A DNA stretch of 64,000 nucleotides from Eledone cirrhosa (GCA_964016885.1 OZ024745.1:107880001-107944000), one strand, 5' to 3'; positions 30,834-46,349 are shown, counted from the stretch's first letter. Notes: a model not told the origin generated them from the letters alone. Numbers and translations are program-made.

Positions 30834-30838
<5 letters not shown>
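30258..30838 (-). pseudogene. Penelope-like RT N-terminal fragment (possibly Naiad-like) with a 5' inverted segment, in (TA)n
   Basis: Manual minus-strand translation gives AHSDKTGNL*FVNPDRYHTLIRSSLNSTYKK...YFTLKDHKSDFDRKPSLRHINPTKSDTGRISK; 30744-30835 is an inverted copy of ~30388-30482. Confidence 0.75.
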
Positions 30839-30902
<64 letters not shown>

Positions 30903-30976
30903 AGGAGTTGACGGACCCACCATATTTATCAATGCCAGGACCGGTTGTATCTCAGCGTACTCAATAGGTAATGTAG

Positions 30977-31970
<994 letters not shown>

Positions 31971-31979
31971 TATATATAT

Positions 31980-32724
31980 ATACAATAAAGTATGTCCATA
32001 GAATCATTTGATAAAATATATACATTATTTCCTCTCCCAATCAGCATAATCAACCACACAAAAAACCAATTAAACAAGGCTATAAGATTAAAAGGCACCT
32101 ATGAAGAAATAATATATAAATAAACGACAGCTATCTATCCGCGATCAACAGCTATAGAATATTTACCCAGCATTTCTAATATCACGTGGAAATCGATTAA
32201 ATATATCATCAACCATACACAATTAGGTATAAAATGAAAGTTAGAAGAAAAAATGTATATAAACATACCAAAATTACGTTTCTACCCCATGAAGTTTCTT
32301 TCGCTTTTTGAAAATATCCGATCAAGGATAAATTCACGAGTTTCGAAATCATCAGGAAACAAACTCACTTGGACAAAGTTTTTTCTTAAATGATCCCCGA
32401 CAGAAACGAATTTAAAATGGCTAAGAACTGTGACGTGGCAGTGGTCATGTCAGAAAAAATGTAATTGGTGCCTTGCAGCGAGTGGGCTGGTTGCTAGAAA
32501 GCGCAGCTTAATACTGCCTAAATTGCATCTCAACCATATGGGAGATTATCAAATATAAAAATTTACATATACACAAACTAGAGAAAGTCATATATATATA
32601 TGTTTTTGGCAACCATTCACGATGTGACTCAATGACGAATTAATTAATTAAATAATCAACAATCAGAGCAATATACAATAAAGTATGTCCATAGAATCAT
32701 TTGATAAAATATATACATTATTTC

Positions 32725-32727
<3 letters not shown>
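31980..32727 (-). mobile_element. Family D non-coding element with a terminal direct repeat and internal HHR (retrozyme/pLTR-like)
   Basis: 55-bp direct repeat at 31980 and 32673; minus-strand HHR at 32278-32360 reads gtttc CTGATGA [branched stem II] GAAA cttcatgggg TA gaaac; relatives at 21265-21587, 23103-23560 and 51140-51570. Confidence 0.75.
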
Positions 32728-32758
<31 letters not shown>

Positions 32759-32967
32759 TGTCTTGAATGAGCCATCACTCCATCGAAGGTGAAGTAACTT
32801 CGATTTGTATTTTCACTCGTACAAATATATATATATATATATGGGGGAGTGGGTATGTATGTCTGTGTGCATGTGTTTGCGTGCATGCGTGTGTTTGAAT
32901 GTGTATATCTATGTGAGTTTGTGTGTATGTGTATATGTTTGTGTGTGTTTGAATGTATATGTCTTAG

Positions 32968-33002
<35 letters not shown>

Positions 33003-33639
33003 CAAGATGAAATTCAACGTTACAATTTTCTTAATAAATGCTAGACAAAATGGAAGAGAAAAAAATAGATATTGATTTCGGTTTTCGATGTATGTGTTTA
33101 CTATTCATATTTGTGTTGTTGTTGTTATTGTTGACATGCTTGTTGTTGTTATTGGCGATGGCTTTGTTTTGTTGTTTTCTTTCACGCTTGCTTAAACGTC
33201 CCCGTTTGTCTTTCGGCATTCTTATGAAATCCCATACCCCCTTTTTCTCCTTCTCCGTCATACGCACAAAGACGCATGCATATATAAACGCGAATATGTA
33301 TAAATACATGCACGCACATACATACACACACACATATTAACATATTTCTCTAAATTCATGCCATTGAGCCAATTGAGTTATTTCCTTTATTTGTGTTTTA
33401 ACTGTGGAAATTATACCACCCCAAAATTAATTTGTTTCTATATATAAAGATTGCTAACTATTTAAAGCGGGCTTGAATTGAGTATACTATCCCCTGGTGA
33501 CGTTGAATATAGCCACCAAAATATCTCTATTGTTGTCCCTTGCATACAAACAAAGAACAGATAACCATTCGGTAAGATTTTGTGTCTCAAACTAAGAGGA
33601 TGGGGGTAATTGCTCAGAATATTGACCGCCTGGTAACTG

Positions 33640-33850
33640 TTCAGAGATGTGCAACCAAACGAATACTCTCCACATTCAAAACGCCTTGCTTCTCTTGGCA
33701 TGGACACATTAAAGATCCGGCGTCTGGCAACTAACTTGATAGACATCCATATAATTATTAATCATCTTGCCAACAACAAACCTGAGCGGCTTTTTGAATT
33801 CCATGTGTCTAACACCCATGGACATGTCACAAAATCAGAAAACAGTACAG
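33640..33850 (+). pseudogene. CR1-group LINE ORF2 C-terminal fragment
   Basis: SKRLASLGMDTLKIRRLATNLIDIHIII...THGH. Confidence 0.6.
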
Positions 33851-33854
33851 CTCC

Positions 33855-34050
33855 CATACGTATGGGAAGTAGTCGAGAGAGAAATCAATCAACACCCCCA
33901 TAAAACTATAAAGTCACTGAAGGCCAACATATCGAACACAATGACCAAATAGATAAAGATCATCTGACTCGGGCATGTCAACTTTTCATACCTTGTATTC
34001 AAAGCAACCATCGATCCTAACGGCTGATTCATTGAGTAGATACATCAAGA
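33855..34050 (+). pseudogene. Tc1/mariner transposase C-terminal fragment
   Basis: YVWEVVEREINQHPHKTIKSLKANI...HLTRAC. Confidence 0.6.
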
Positions 34051-34354
34051 AGAGTCTCAAGATTATTCCTGCCAATTATTTCTATAATAAAACTCTACTT
34101 TCATGACTTTACTAAATCCAAGCAAATCTACTCAACGAACTGGGCAAATGGCTACACGACTGCATGAGGATGCGCATACATACACATATAAATACATACA
34201 TAAATACTAAGACCCTCACAAACACATAGTTACGTATAGTATAAATATAGAGATACATACGTACAAGCATCGATATACTTATAAACACACACACAAGTGC
34301 ATGTGTGCGTTTATACATACTCGTACTGGCATGCACGCACACACACACAAATAT

Positions 34355-34433
<79 letters not shown>

Positions 34434-34607
34434 TACATACATATATATACAGACTTACATACATATATACATACTTACATACAATCATACATACCCTCAT
34501 ACATAGATACATACAAGCATTTATGCTCATACACACCTACACAAATACTTATATACTGAGATACACGCGTACATAAATACACGTACCCTAACGAATACAT
34601 ACATAAA

Positions 34608-34684
<77 letters not shown>

Positions 34685-34770
34685 GGGAAAGTAAAAAATC
34701 GGAGAATAGACCGTTAAAACATGTTTATTTAAAACAGCACCATCTTTTTCTCTTTCTCGATACGTAAATA

Positions 34771-34869
<99 letters not shown>

Positions 34870-34975
34870 CACCCATATATATATATATGTGTATATATAT
34901 ATATACATACCCATATATATATTATATATTATATATATATACACCCATATATATATATATATATGTATATATATC

Positions 34976-35021
<46 letters not shown>

Positions 35022-35054
35022 CATATATATACTATATTCTCTATATATATACAC

Positions 35055-35087
<33 letters not shown>

Positions 35088-35252
35088 AACGAGTAGGACC
35101 CCGACGGCTGAGCTCAAGCCAGAATTAGCCGTCGAAACGGCTTGAGCTCAGCCGTCGAGGTCCTACTCGTTCCTATTACACACTCTACTACCCTAAGTAT
35201 TGAGTACTTTGGTGCGTTATGGTCCACCTGGTTCCTTACCACATTTCCTTCG

Positions 35253-35323
<71 letters not shown>

Positions 35324-35571
35324 TATGGGTGTATAATAATAATTGTTTCTACTTTAGGCAGAAGGCCAGCAATTACTCAGTATATTACTGGTACTTTATT
35401 TTATCGACCCCGTATGGATGAAAGGCAAAGTTAACCTCGGCGGGATTTGAAATCATGTTCGACCCTCTACCGATACTGCCAATTCACCGCTCTAAGGGTG
35501 TATAATAATAATATTATTTATAGTTATATATATACAGTATATACAACTATAAACAGGAATTTACATGGGTG

Positions 35572-35604
<33 letters not shown>

Positions 35605-36243
35605 TTATATATATATGGTTATATATATATAAACCCATATATATACTATATATTATATATATATATACACCCATATATATATATATATATATATATGGGT
35701 GTGTATATATATATATATATATATATGGTGGCATATATATATAATATATAGTATATATATGGATATATATATATACCCATATACATACTATATATTATAT
35801 ATATATATATACACCCATATATATATATATATATATACACCCATATAATATATATATACCCATACATATCTACATAAACTACATTGATGTAAATACACAC
35901 CATTGTTTCTGATTTTAATTAAAAATTTGTCACTATACGAAAATAATTGAATTACGCTTAATGCTTTCTATGAGATAATGTGGAGAGAAGCATAAGGACT
36001 GGGATTTACAGTATATATGGAAATACACTTATATATATACACACACACATATATATATAGGAAAATGTTTAACCCCGACGGCAGAGCTCAAGCCGTTTCG
36101 ACGGCTAGTCCAGAAATAGCCGTCGAAACGGCTTGAGCTCTGCCATCGGGGTTAAATATTTTCCTATTACCCACTCTATTACCCTAAGTATTGAGTAATC
36201 TGGTGCGTTATGGTCCATCTGGTTCCTTACCACACTTCCTTCG

Positions 36244-36309
<66 letters not shown>

Positions 36310-36366
36310 CATGTATATATGTATATCTATATGTGTATGTATATATATTTTTATATATATATATAT

Positions 36367-36562
36367 ATATAGAAGAGATTCTACAGGACTAGAACTGTTT
36401 CATTCATTAGAAATCATCAGGAATCTCTCTGATTCCTGATGATTTCTAATGAATGAAACAGTTCTAGTCCTGTAGAATCTCTTCTATATTAAAACTGTTA
36501 TACTCTGCTATGTATTGAGTACCTTACTTACTGTGGTTACCTCCGATTCAACCCGGAATAAC

Positions 36563-36563
<1 letters not shown>
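36367..36563 (+). mobile_element. Family C fold-back element with HHR
   Basis: Palindrome 36367-36489 with apex 36426-36430; HHR at 36431-36479 reads gattc CTGATGA..GAAA CAG..CTG TA gaatc; (TA)n on both sides. Confidence 0.85.
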
Positions 36564-36635
<72 letters not shown>

Positions 36636-36676
36636 TATATATATATACACATATACATATACATATACATATATAC

Positions 36677-36727
<51 letters not shown>

Positions 36728-36865
36728 CATACATGTATATATGTATATGTATATGTGTATATATATGCATATATATATATATACATTAAATGTATGTGTG
36801 TGTCTGTCGTTTTTCTCACATCTCACAGATGTGAGAAAAACCACAGACCCTCCATCTCAACTCTA

Positions 36866-36901
36866 CTTTTGAAAAGCAGAAGAACTGCGAAACCGGTAAA
36901 G
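36866..36901 (+). ncRNA. Minimal hammerhead with U3-A8 core
   Basis: ctt TTGAAAA gcag-aagaa-ctgc GAAA CCGG TA aag; preceded by a hairpin at 36810-36840. Confidence 0.7.
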
Positions 36902-37021
36902 GAACCAAATAAATATATATTTTTTTTTTAAATAAGACTCCAGTTGCATTTTCGATTTCATCTTTTTTTCTTTATATATATATATATATATGTGTGTGTG
37001 TATATATGTGTGTGTGTATGC

Positions 37022-37065
<44 letters not shown>

Positions 37066-38840
37066 GAATTTCTCAGAACCATATTTCCATGGTCAAAATA
37101 TAAATAACACCAACAGTAAAAATCTATATATTAAGTATTAAAAAGATGGTACATTTTTCAACTGTTGCGCTTACAGATTGAATTTCAAAAATACCAGTTA
37201 AATTGTATATTTTCGCCAGAAACCCAGCTTTTGCAGATCATTAACATAGCTAAGAACATCAATGTTGGTACACCTGTTTACAGATGTAAATGCTTAATCG
37301 TGATGGAGAAGTTATAGGTTTCGAGCCAGTCGATAGTAACTCTTCTCTTTCTTACTAATTTCTGAAAAAATGTTCATATCCGGTAGATCACTATTTCTCT
37401 CCATTCTCAAACAAATATACTAGGCCTATATGTGTGGTAATCCTGATAGAAATCACATATTCTTTGTGTAAGTATTAATGAATATACTCAACATCAGAAC
37501 TATATTTTATATTTGTCATATTTATCCAAAGACAGTTTTTCTCTAGAGGTTGGCATTGTATACTATTTTATGTCGCATGGAAATTTGATATCTTATTTTG
37601 GGACACCTGCTGGTCATATGTATAATGTCTTGAGACATAATCAATATTTTATGTAGATATGTATATGTGTGTATGTATGCTGCTATCTATGTTTGTATGA
37701 GTATTTGCAATTATGATTGCGTGTTAGTTTGTATATTTTCTCTTCATGATTTCGCGTTTTACAGTGTGTGTTGACCAGCCACGTGATCGGAAGCAAGACT
37801 AATGAGAAAGGATAAAAAATTACTGGGAGAAAGGTTCACACCAGAGTTTTGATCTATTAATTATCCTTTGTGTGATTATTCACTTATAAAATTTACAAGA
37901 ATGTCTGTCGAATTTTCGTTGTCGCATTATTGTGACTATATGTATTGAGTCTCAAGTATGAAATTTGTAGACATTTTTAGAAAAAAAAGAAAATTCTACA
38001 AATTTCATACTTGACGACCCAATAATATATGATTATAGTTACGTTCTTTTTCGAAGAATCCAACAGTCACATTTTTATACAATTGGCTGATTTATATTCC
38101 GTTGCTCCAGAAATAATTGGCATGACGCTAATAGTATATTTTTGGTACCGTACTTGCAGATTCCTCATCAATTGTCCATAGATGTCTTCTTTCTCCTGTA
38201 TATCTTCTAATTACATTGCTGTCATGTAGTCAGACGAATTCCACAGCAGAGCATGTTTTTTTTTTGTGGTTCCAAACAACATCAGGTTGCTTATATATCA
38301 ATTTAATTGCTGTTTTTATCTTCAAGTTTCACCAACATTCTTTTGATCTAGCAGTCTCAATATGTTCATACAGTGTTTATTTTTCTTGTGTTTCTTATTT
38401 TATTTTAGCTACTACAAAATGCAGTCTGTGTACATAGAATCTGGGAGACATTAAGTCAGAGTTAGCAATGATGTAGCAATGAAACAAAATATTAACACAT
38501 CAGTAATATACTAGTCGTATTAGCTGCTACGAATGCATTATATATGCAATAAAAATCTGTATATCCGATTTACGTTAAACTTTAATAATTGTTTCTACTT
38601 AGCATGCATATAGGCAGTATTTCCATAAAGATTTAAAGCGAGCATTCGGTCACTGGCGAAATCTCAAATCCCAACTTAGGATTGAAACTAGCTGATCTCT
38701 TTTTTTTATCTACAAACATGACATACTGTCTATATCAATAAACTTACAATGTTGGCTAAAATCTATAAATATATTCTATAGTAAAAAAAATAGCATTGAT
38801 ACAGAACACTGTAATAGCACCATCATTAATTTATTAAGTA

Positions 38841-39831
38841 CTAGCAGTGGTACCCGGCGTTGCACGGGATAAGGTATTTTGGAAGGCGGGCCGCCAACAG
38901 ACCTAATCGTGGAAAAACTGTATGCCTGGACAATATGTAAAGAAAATAAACCGAATACTCTGATGGCTGGATAAGCTTTAAGATTTTCCTCGATGAAGCA
39001 GGAAAAAATGAAGGTTTTCACCTAATGCGGGCCCTAGGGATCAAGAAAATGAATTTTTTGATGTGCATAATATGCCTTGAAATTTCGGGAAAATCGGCTA
39101 GACGTAACGCCTCAAAAAAGCCCTAAAAAGCTGAAAAATGAAGTTTTTCACGTAATGAAAAAGGCCATTAAAAAAGTTGGATTATCTTTGCTCACCGTAT
39201 GAAGAAGAGACTGACTAATACATAGTTACAATTTCAAGGAAATCAGTCTGACGTAACGCCTCAAAAAACCCCTAGAAAGCTTAAAAAACGCAGTTTTTCA
39301 CCTAATGTGGGCCCTAGGAGATCAAAAGTTTGACTTTTTTATGCACTTCTTGAAACACAAGTAATAGACATCTAAAGTTTGAAAGAAATCGGTTGGGTAC
39401 TTCTCGAGTTTTAGGGATTCAAACTCATCACAGACCCATTCACACACAGACAGACATCCTCGGGGAAGTGACGTAATGAAGACAAACAGACATACAGACA
39501 GATATTATAAGGACGCGTTCTGGACGCAGAGCGAATTGTAGGAAGTGACGTAATGCAGACACCAGACATACAGACAGATATTATAAGGGCGCGACGTTAT
39601 ATATATGTATCTATCTAAAAAGAGAAAGACTAAGAATTATAGAGAAAGATCGCTAAATCGCCTAAAGTGGTCCCTAGGGCATTGAAAATTTGAAATGTTT
39701 TTTGCTCAGAACACTCCCTGAAACATAAGTATTACATGTGTAAAGTTTGAAAACAGTCGGTTGGGTGGTTCTCGAGTTTTAGGGATTCAAACTCACACAC
39801 AGACAGACATCCTCAGTTTTATATATATAGA
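38841..39831 (-). mobile_element. Non-autonomous Helitron
   Basis: Minus strand 5' TCTATATATATAAAACTGAGGATG; 3' cccgtgcaacgccggg hairpin plus CTAG|T. Confidence 0.8.
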
Positions 39832-40500
39832 CTAGCAGAAAACCACCCGGTGGGCGGTTTTCTTCTAGCAAATCTAGTGTATATACTGATATTGTTGAGA
39901 TTTGGATGAGAAATGTTTTCGGCACCACATGTTCACCGTCTCTCGGTGTGTCTTTTATGCATGTATAAATATATATGTTATCTATACGGTGAAATCTTTG
40001 AAATAAATATATGTTAAAACGAAAAAGGAGAAAATAAGATTAGTGACGGAAATATAAACGTTATGATACATAAACGTGATGATATAACGATGGAAATATA
40101 TCTTCAAATGGTTCTTGGCATGGTGTCAAGTCAGAATCGCCTCGAACTGGTTACTTCTGGCTTGTGCAAGGTGTCTCTATAACAACCAGCAATTCCCTCG
40201 GCCTCAGTGACCAAAGTAAGTGGAGAGGGGAAGGTAATGTTTCTATAGCGACAGTGTTCCTCTTCGTAGTACCAAAGTGGAGAAAGGAAGGGGAAGGTAA
40301 TATTTCTGTAGCACCTACATTTGAGTTTTAGGGAAGGACAGACAGACAGACAAACAGAGAAATGCCCATATATTTCTGTGTGTGTATATAAATATATATA
40401 TATATATATATTACACACACAGAAATGTATATATATTTTTGTGTGTATATATATATATATATATTACACACACAGAAATGTATATATATTTCTGTGTGTG

Positions 40501-40545
<45 letters not shown>

Positions 40546-41899
40546 CACACACAGAAATGTATATATATTTCTGTGTGTATATATATATATATTTCTGTGT
40601 GTGTATATATATATATATTACACACACAGAAATGTATATATATTTCTGTGTGTATATATATATATTACACACACAGAAATGTATATATATTTCTGTGTGT
40701 GTATATATATATTAGACACACAGAAATGTATATATATTTCTTAGAACAAAATTATTATTAATGTTTTGCTGTTCATAACAATTGGAATTGAAAAATTACT
40801 TTTGAAATTATTAGTTATTTTACTAATGCTTAGATATGTAAAAATGAAGCAATGTTTCTAATAATTGTTTCTACTTTTGGCACAAGGCCATTACTGGTAC
40901 TTTATTTTATCGACCCCGTGAGGATGAAAGGCAAAGTTAACCTCGGCGGTATTTGAACTCAGACCGTAAAGGGACGTAACTCCATGCTATGAAGCATGGT
41001 GTCCGACTCTCTACAGATTCTGCCAATCCACCGCCCTAATGTCTGTACGTAATGAGGGAGTGAGAGGGGAGAGAAAGAAAGGCAGAGGTGAAGTGACGAA
41101 GTGACTCTCTCCTCCTCCTCCTCCTCCATCTCTCCATTCGTCACAGCGATAGAGGGGAGGAATGTTAGTGTGTTACAAAGAGGAAGAGTGAGAGTGAGAG
41201 AAACAGACAGACTAAAAGAGAGGGATAGCTGGAGAGAGAGAGATAGCAACAGATACAGTACAGTAGCTAAGGGATGTATATATATTTCTGTGTGTATATA
41301 TATATACATTTCTGTGTGTATAATATATATATATATACACACAGAAATATATATACATTTCTGTGTGTGTGTATATATATATATATATTACACACACAGA
41401 AATGTATATATATTTCTGTGTGTGTATATATATATATATTTTACACACACAGAAATGTATATATATTTCTGTGTGTATATATATATATATTACACACACA
41501 GAAATGTATATATATTTCTGTGTGTATATATATATATTTCTGTGTGTGTATATATATATATATTACACACACACAGAAATGTATATATGTTTCTGTAGCA
41601 CTCCTCAATTCCCCCCTCTCTCCCTCCCGCTATCCCCCTCTTGTAGTCTGTCTCTTTCTTTCACTCTCACTCTCTCTCTACGCGTGCGCAAAAATCATTC
41701 GCACGCGCGCACGTGTTTTAGCGTCTATTCACTCTCTCTCTCTCCCTCTCTCCCTCCCGCTATCCCCCTCTCGTAGTCTGTCTCTTTCTTTCACTCTCAC
41801 TCTCTGTCTACGCGTGCGCAAAAAACATTCGCACGCGCGCACGTGTTTCCACTGTCGGACAGACAAACAGAGAAATTGCTGGTTATATATATAAGTAGA
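39832..41899 (-). mobile_element. Second non-autonomous Helitron, head-to-tail with the previous one
   Basis: CTAG at 39832-39835 with a nearby GC-rich hairpin; 5' A|TCTACTTATATATAT at 41899; contains minisatellites and a SINE. Confidence 0.65.
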
Positions 41900-42199
41900 T
41901 ATTGTACATTAACGAAACGATATATTATAAATCGAAATTATGCAACTATATAATACATTCGTACAGTCAGATAAGGCGCACTATGGCGTAATCGTTAACG
42001 CGACCATATACCTAGAATGCAAAGGAGGCAAAGTTCTCATCTCTTCGGAGAGTCTACTGCCTTTTAAAAGTATTGCCTTTCTAGATTCGACTTCACTGAA
42101 GGCCACTTTAAGAAAGTTTCTTTCACTATGGCCTCTAGGGTCAAATTTCGAAAATAAGTTGGTAACCAAGGCCTCAATAGTCTCAAGACCTCAAGACAT

Positions 42200-42600
42200 C
42201 TACCCCATGGCATGATTGGGGATTCTCAACTACTGAGCCAACATCGCTTGATGTCACGCAGCTCATTCTCTTGTTACGCAGCAAAACTGCAAAACTCAGA
42301 TTTCAACATGCTTCAGGAGTAAAGAACTAGCTAACAACTGATATTTCAATCCGCTTAACTGAATGTCAATCTCAACACAGCTCTTCCCCCAGGCACCAAC
42401 CTCCCCCGGAGAGTTTGAGTGTCTCTGAATCGATTTTGCACGGATGTCGACCGATTAGATACAATCATGCACCACTGGGGGCTGCGTGCACCACTAGCTT
42501 GTCAGCGTGGCTCGCTAGAGAACATTGCTCAACATATACTGAGTGAATGCCCGGATCTCCCCCACCTGAGGACATGGACATCACGTGCCATAATACCACT
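42200..42600 (+). pseudogene. Ingi/Vingi-like LINE C-terminal fragment
   Basis: VSLNRFCTDVDR..MHHWGL..AC..G..NIAQHILSECP, a degenerate CCHC motif. Confidence 0.55.
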
Positions 42601-42954
42601 ACTGGACATGGACATGCCATAATACCACTACTGCTAGCTGGTTACAACGTCAGGAGGACATCACATAATTGCAGCTGTCTTATATGTAGAATGAAGATGA
42701 ATATACACACACACACATATATATGTATGCGCACACACGCATGCAAACAGACTTACCCCTCTACATATATACAGTGCATACATACATACATGATGATGGC
42801 TGCTAACTCGTTTTCGAGTACGGCCACTACTTTATATCCATGTAGGAGAACCCCCACCGATGCGCTGAACGAGTGTATGTATACATACATACATACATAC
42901 ATACATACATACATACATACATACATACATACATACATACATACATACATACAT

Positions 42955-42986
<32 letters not shown>

Positions 42987-43067
42987 GCACACATAACCTG
43001 ATTAGTTCTTTCGTTGTTTTTGGTATTTTCAATTTCTCAAGTTATTTAAACGTATGTTATTACTCTA

Positions 43068-43164
43068 AGGACCTACCCTTATTGAGTGCTTTGCTACTCA
43101 TTCCTTATTGTAGGTCGACTTTGCTTGGCCACAGCCAAAGCTTCGATTTTACTAAGCTTCCACT

Positions 43165-43242
<78 letters not shown>

Positions 43243-43341
43243 AGTGGAAGCTTAGTAAAATCGAAGCTTTGGCTGTGGCCAAGCAAAGTCGACCTACAAT
43301 AAGGAATGAGTAGCAAAGCACTCAAAAAGGGTAGGTCCTAT
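43068..43341. repeat. Tail-to-tail inverted repeat with (TA)n at its centre
   Basis: ~100-bp arms aggacctaccc...ccacttg (TA)n caagtgg...gggtaggtcct. Confidence 0.9.
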
Positions 43342-43365
43342 ATATATATATATATATATATATAT

Positions 43366-43800
43366 GTAGGAGGTGAGTTTTATTGTAGTACAATAAAGCA
43401 ATGCAGATATCGGATAAGAAGCACTCTACAGTTTGTAGGACTGGAGTATACATAATATATAAGATCAAAAGATGGTTAAAAGAGTTCCATGTATTTTATT
43501 ATGCACATTTCAAAAACAAATATCATCATGCAATAACATTTGTGTTTTCATCAGATAAAATAGGAAGACATGATATGAAGGTTAAAAACACTTGTGGACA
43601 GTGCAGTTGATATGTTGATTTGTTGATTTGTTGATATGTTGATTTAAAACTGCACTGTCCACAAGTGTTTTTAACCTTCATATCATGTCTTCCTATTTTA
43701 TCTGATGAAAACACAAATGTTATTGCATGATGATATTTGTTTTTGAAATGCGCATAATAAAATACATAGAACTCTTTTAACCATCTTTTGATCTTATATA
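43366..43800 (-). mobile_element. Family A fold-back element with HHRs on both arms
   Basis: Plus-strand HHR at 43694-43764 has an 8-bp stem I (tattttat/ataaaata); the minus-strand HHR is at ~43494-43561. Confidence 0.85.
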
Positions 43801-45361
43801 TTATATATATATATATATAATCTTCAAGTAAAATTCAAAACTTTTTTCACAAGTAAAATGAACGTTGATATCTAACATAAGATTATTGTCCACTGAGAGA
43901 CAAAGTTGATTTTGATGAGATTTGAACTTAGAAACCTTACTTAATACCGCAAGTCTAAGATTCTAGCGATTCAGCCACTTACCGCTCTCAAAATAAAAGA
44001 AATAATGAAATTGTGCATAATGATTTATTTTATTTTATTTTCTTGTTTTATTTTAGTTTTTTGTTTTTCTATGAATTTTCTTTTATTTCAGTGTCACAAT
44101 AAAAACAGATGTTTTCTCGTAATTAGTTATTTTGGCATCATTAACAAGCATATCAACAACATAAGTATACTTGATGTTTGATTTACCACACTTTGGGAAA
44201 CCATCTGTATTTCCGAAAGAAAACAAGATGTAGTGGTTCGACGTTCTATTCTACATTCCTTATCTTGCTTTTCTTTTTAGGTCATTTCACAGAGCTTCAT
44301 CATTCTCGACTGCCAGTGTAGTTGATTTTCAGATATTATAGCTAGCCAATATTATGTGACCACCAAGAGATTGGGATTGGCAGGTAGAATCGTTAGGAAG
44401 ACAAACTAAGTATTGGCAAGTCTTTAATCATGTCCCTCTACGTTCGAGTTCAAATGTTGCTGTGGAGAACTTTGCCTTCCATCCTTTATGGGTCAATTAA
44501 ATAAGTATTAGTCAAATTACGATATCTAGTTGAATAAACCTTTCCCGTCCTTCAAAACCTATTACTTTACACTAACATCAGATATTTGATCAGATAACTT
44601 GCTTATCTTCTTGTCTGCTCTGTACGATGATTCGCTTTTGTAAAACGTTGCCCTCTTTCACAACAACCTGATGTATTTTGATTTCATGTGTATTTAGAGA
44701 AAATTTGATTTCCATAAAGTTTACTCAAACGAGACAAGATCCCGAAAAATAAAAGTAAAATTGTTCAAGATCGTTTGGCAGACATTGAAGCTAAATGACA
44801 TTATCTTCTACTTCGTTGTAAACTATCAACTTCGGAAGACAATCAGCCATTAAAACAAATAAGAAATGAGTTACACCGTCGTTGCAGAAATTCGTCATTG
44901 TAAACACTGAATCACTGAAACACATCAGCAGTTATAATTCTCGGAATTTAGGATAGTGATGAAAGTCACAACAGAAAAAAGATGCCAACTTTAGTTACTT
45001 TCTTGCTACAAAAGCTCTAACATCAATGTTTCTTTAATTCTGAGATTATGTATTAATAAAAAGGCACAATTTATTCATAATGCTAACACACTTGTATGAC
45101 AGAAAATGGGTGATTCGTCGAGGCTGGAGCACTTTTGATTATAGGTATGCTCGGTCATGGGTGATCTGCACTAAACATCAACAAAAGACATTATGTTTTC
45201 TTCCAACCATTGTTTCAATGATTCCCTTCCGCTTTCAACAATTTCTGTACTTGCAAACACAATCCTCTAGAAAGAAATAAAACATTTCAATATTAGAACA
45301 ATATATTTATCATTTGTATACGATTATATTTATATATATATATCTGTGTGTGTGTGTGTGC

Positions 45362-45445
<84 letters not shown>

Positions 45446-45664
45446 AAAGTTTTATTTAAAATTGTTGGGATACAACAAGTAAATATTTTATAACTGATAT
45501 AAAGCACTCGACAAGTTTTTGGAGTAGATATACGATATTAAATAAATGGAAACTATATTTATAAAACCATATTTATCTTATTATACATAGATAGCCTCCA
45601 AAAATAATGGTCGCTTCTAATAGGGTACGTCAAAATTATTTATAAAACTGTTTATATATTGTAT

Positions 45665-45723
45665 TTTATCTGACGAAGGCATGCCATATTTTAATTTGGT
45701 ATCCCTGAAATATGTATAATAAG
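45665..45723 (+). ncRNA. Type I hammerhead (family E fold-back, 45443-45770)
   Basis: tttat CTGACGA agg..cct GAAA tatgta TA ataag; the relative at 56825-56885 (-) has CTGATGA and a differently sequenced but still paired stem II. Confidence 0.75.
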
Positions 45724-45766
45724 ATAAATATGGTTTTATAAATATAGTTTCCACTTATTTAATATC

Positions 45767-45816
<50 letters not shown>

Positions 45817-46349
45817 ATATATATAACATTCCATTCGATTTAGCTAAGCAAATCTGTACAATAGTTACACACCTAACAACAAGAGACCACAGACTATAAG
45901 AGATGAAAAATATTGATTCAGGGGAAATATCCTCTAAATTTAATCATAATAATTGTTTCTACTTTTGGCACAAGGCCAGCAATTATCCCAGTGCATTACT
46001 GGTACTTTATTTTATCGACCCCGTAAGGATGAAAGGTAAAGTTAACCTAGGCGGGATTTTAACTCAGAATGGCAAGGGCCGTAACTCTATGATCAAAGCA
46101 TGGCGTCCAACCCTCTACCGATACTGCCAATTCACCGCTGCAAATTTAATCATAATAATAATGTACCAAAAGCATGGCAAATTAATTCTGGGAACGCTAA
46201 GAAATAGAAAGTAAAATAAACAGAAAGGTAACACCATATATTCGACTTTTAACCCAAAGTATGCGGAAATATATAAAAACATCCCACTAAACATACCAAT
46301 ATTACTAAGAAACCGGAAATGAAGGGAAATACTGAGAAGTGTCCAATCA

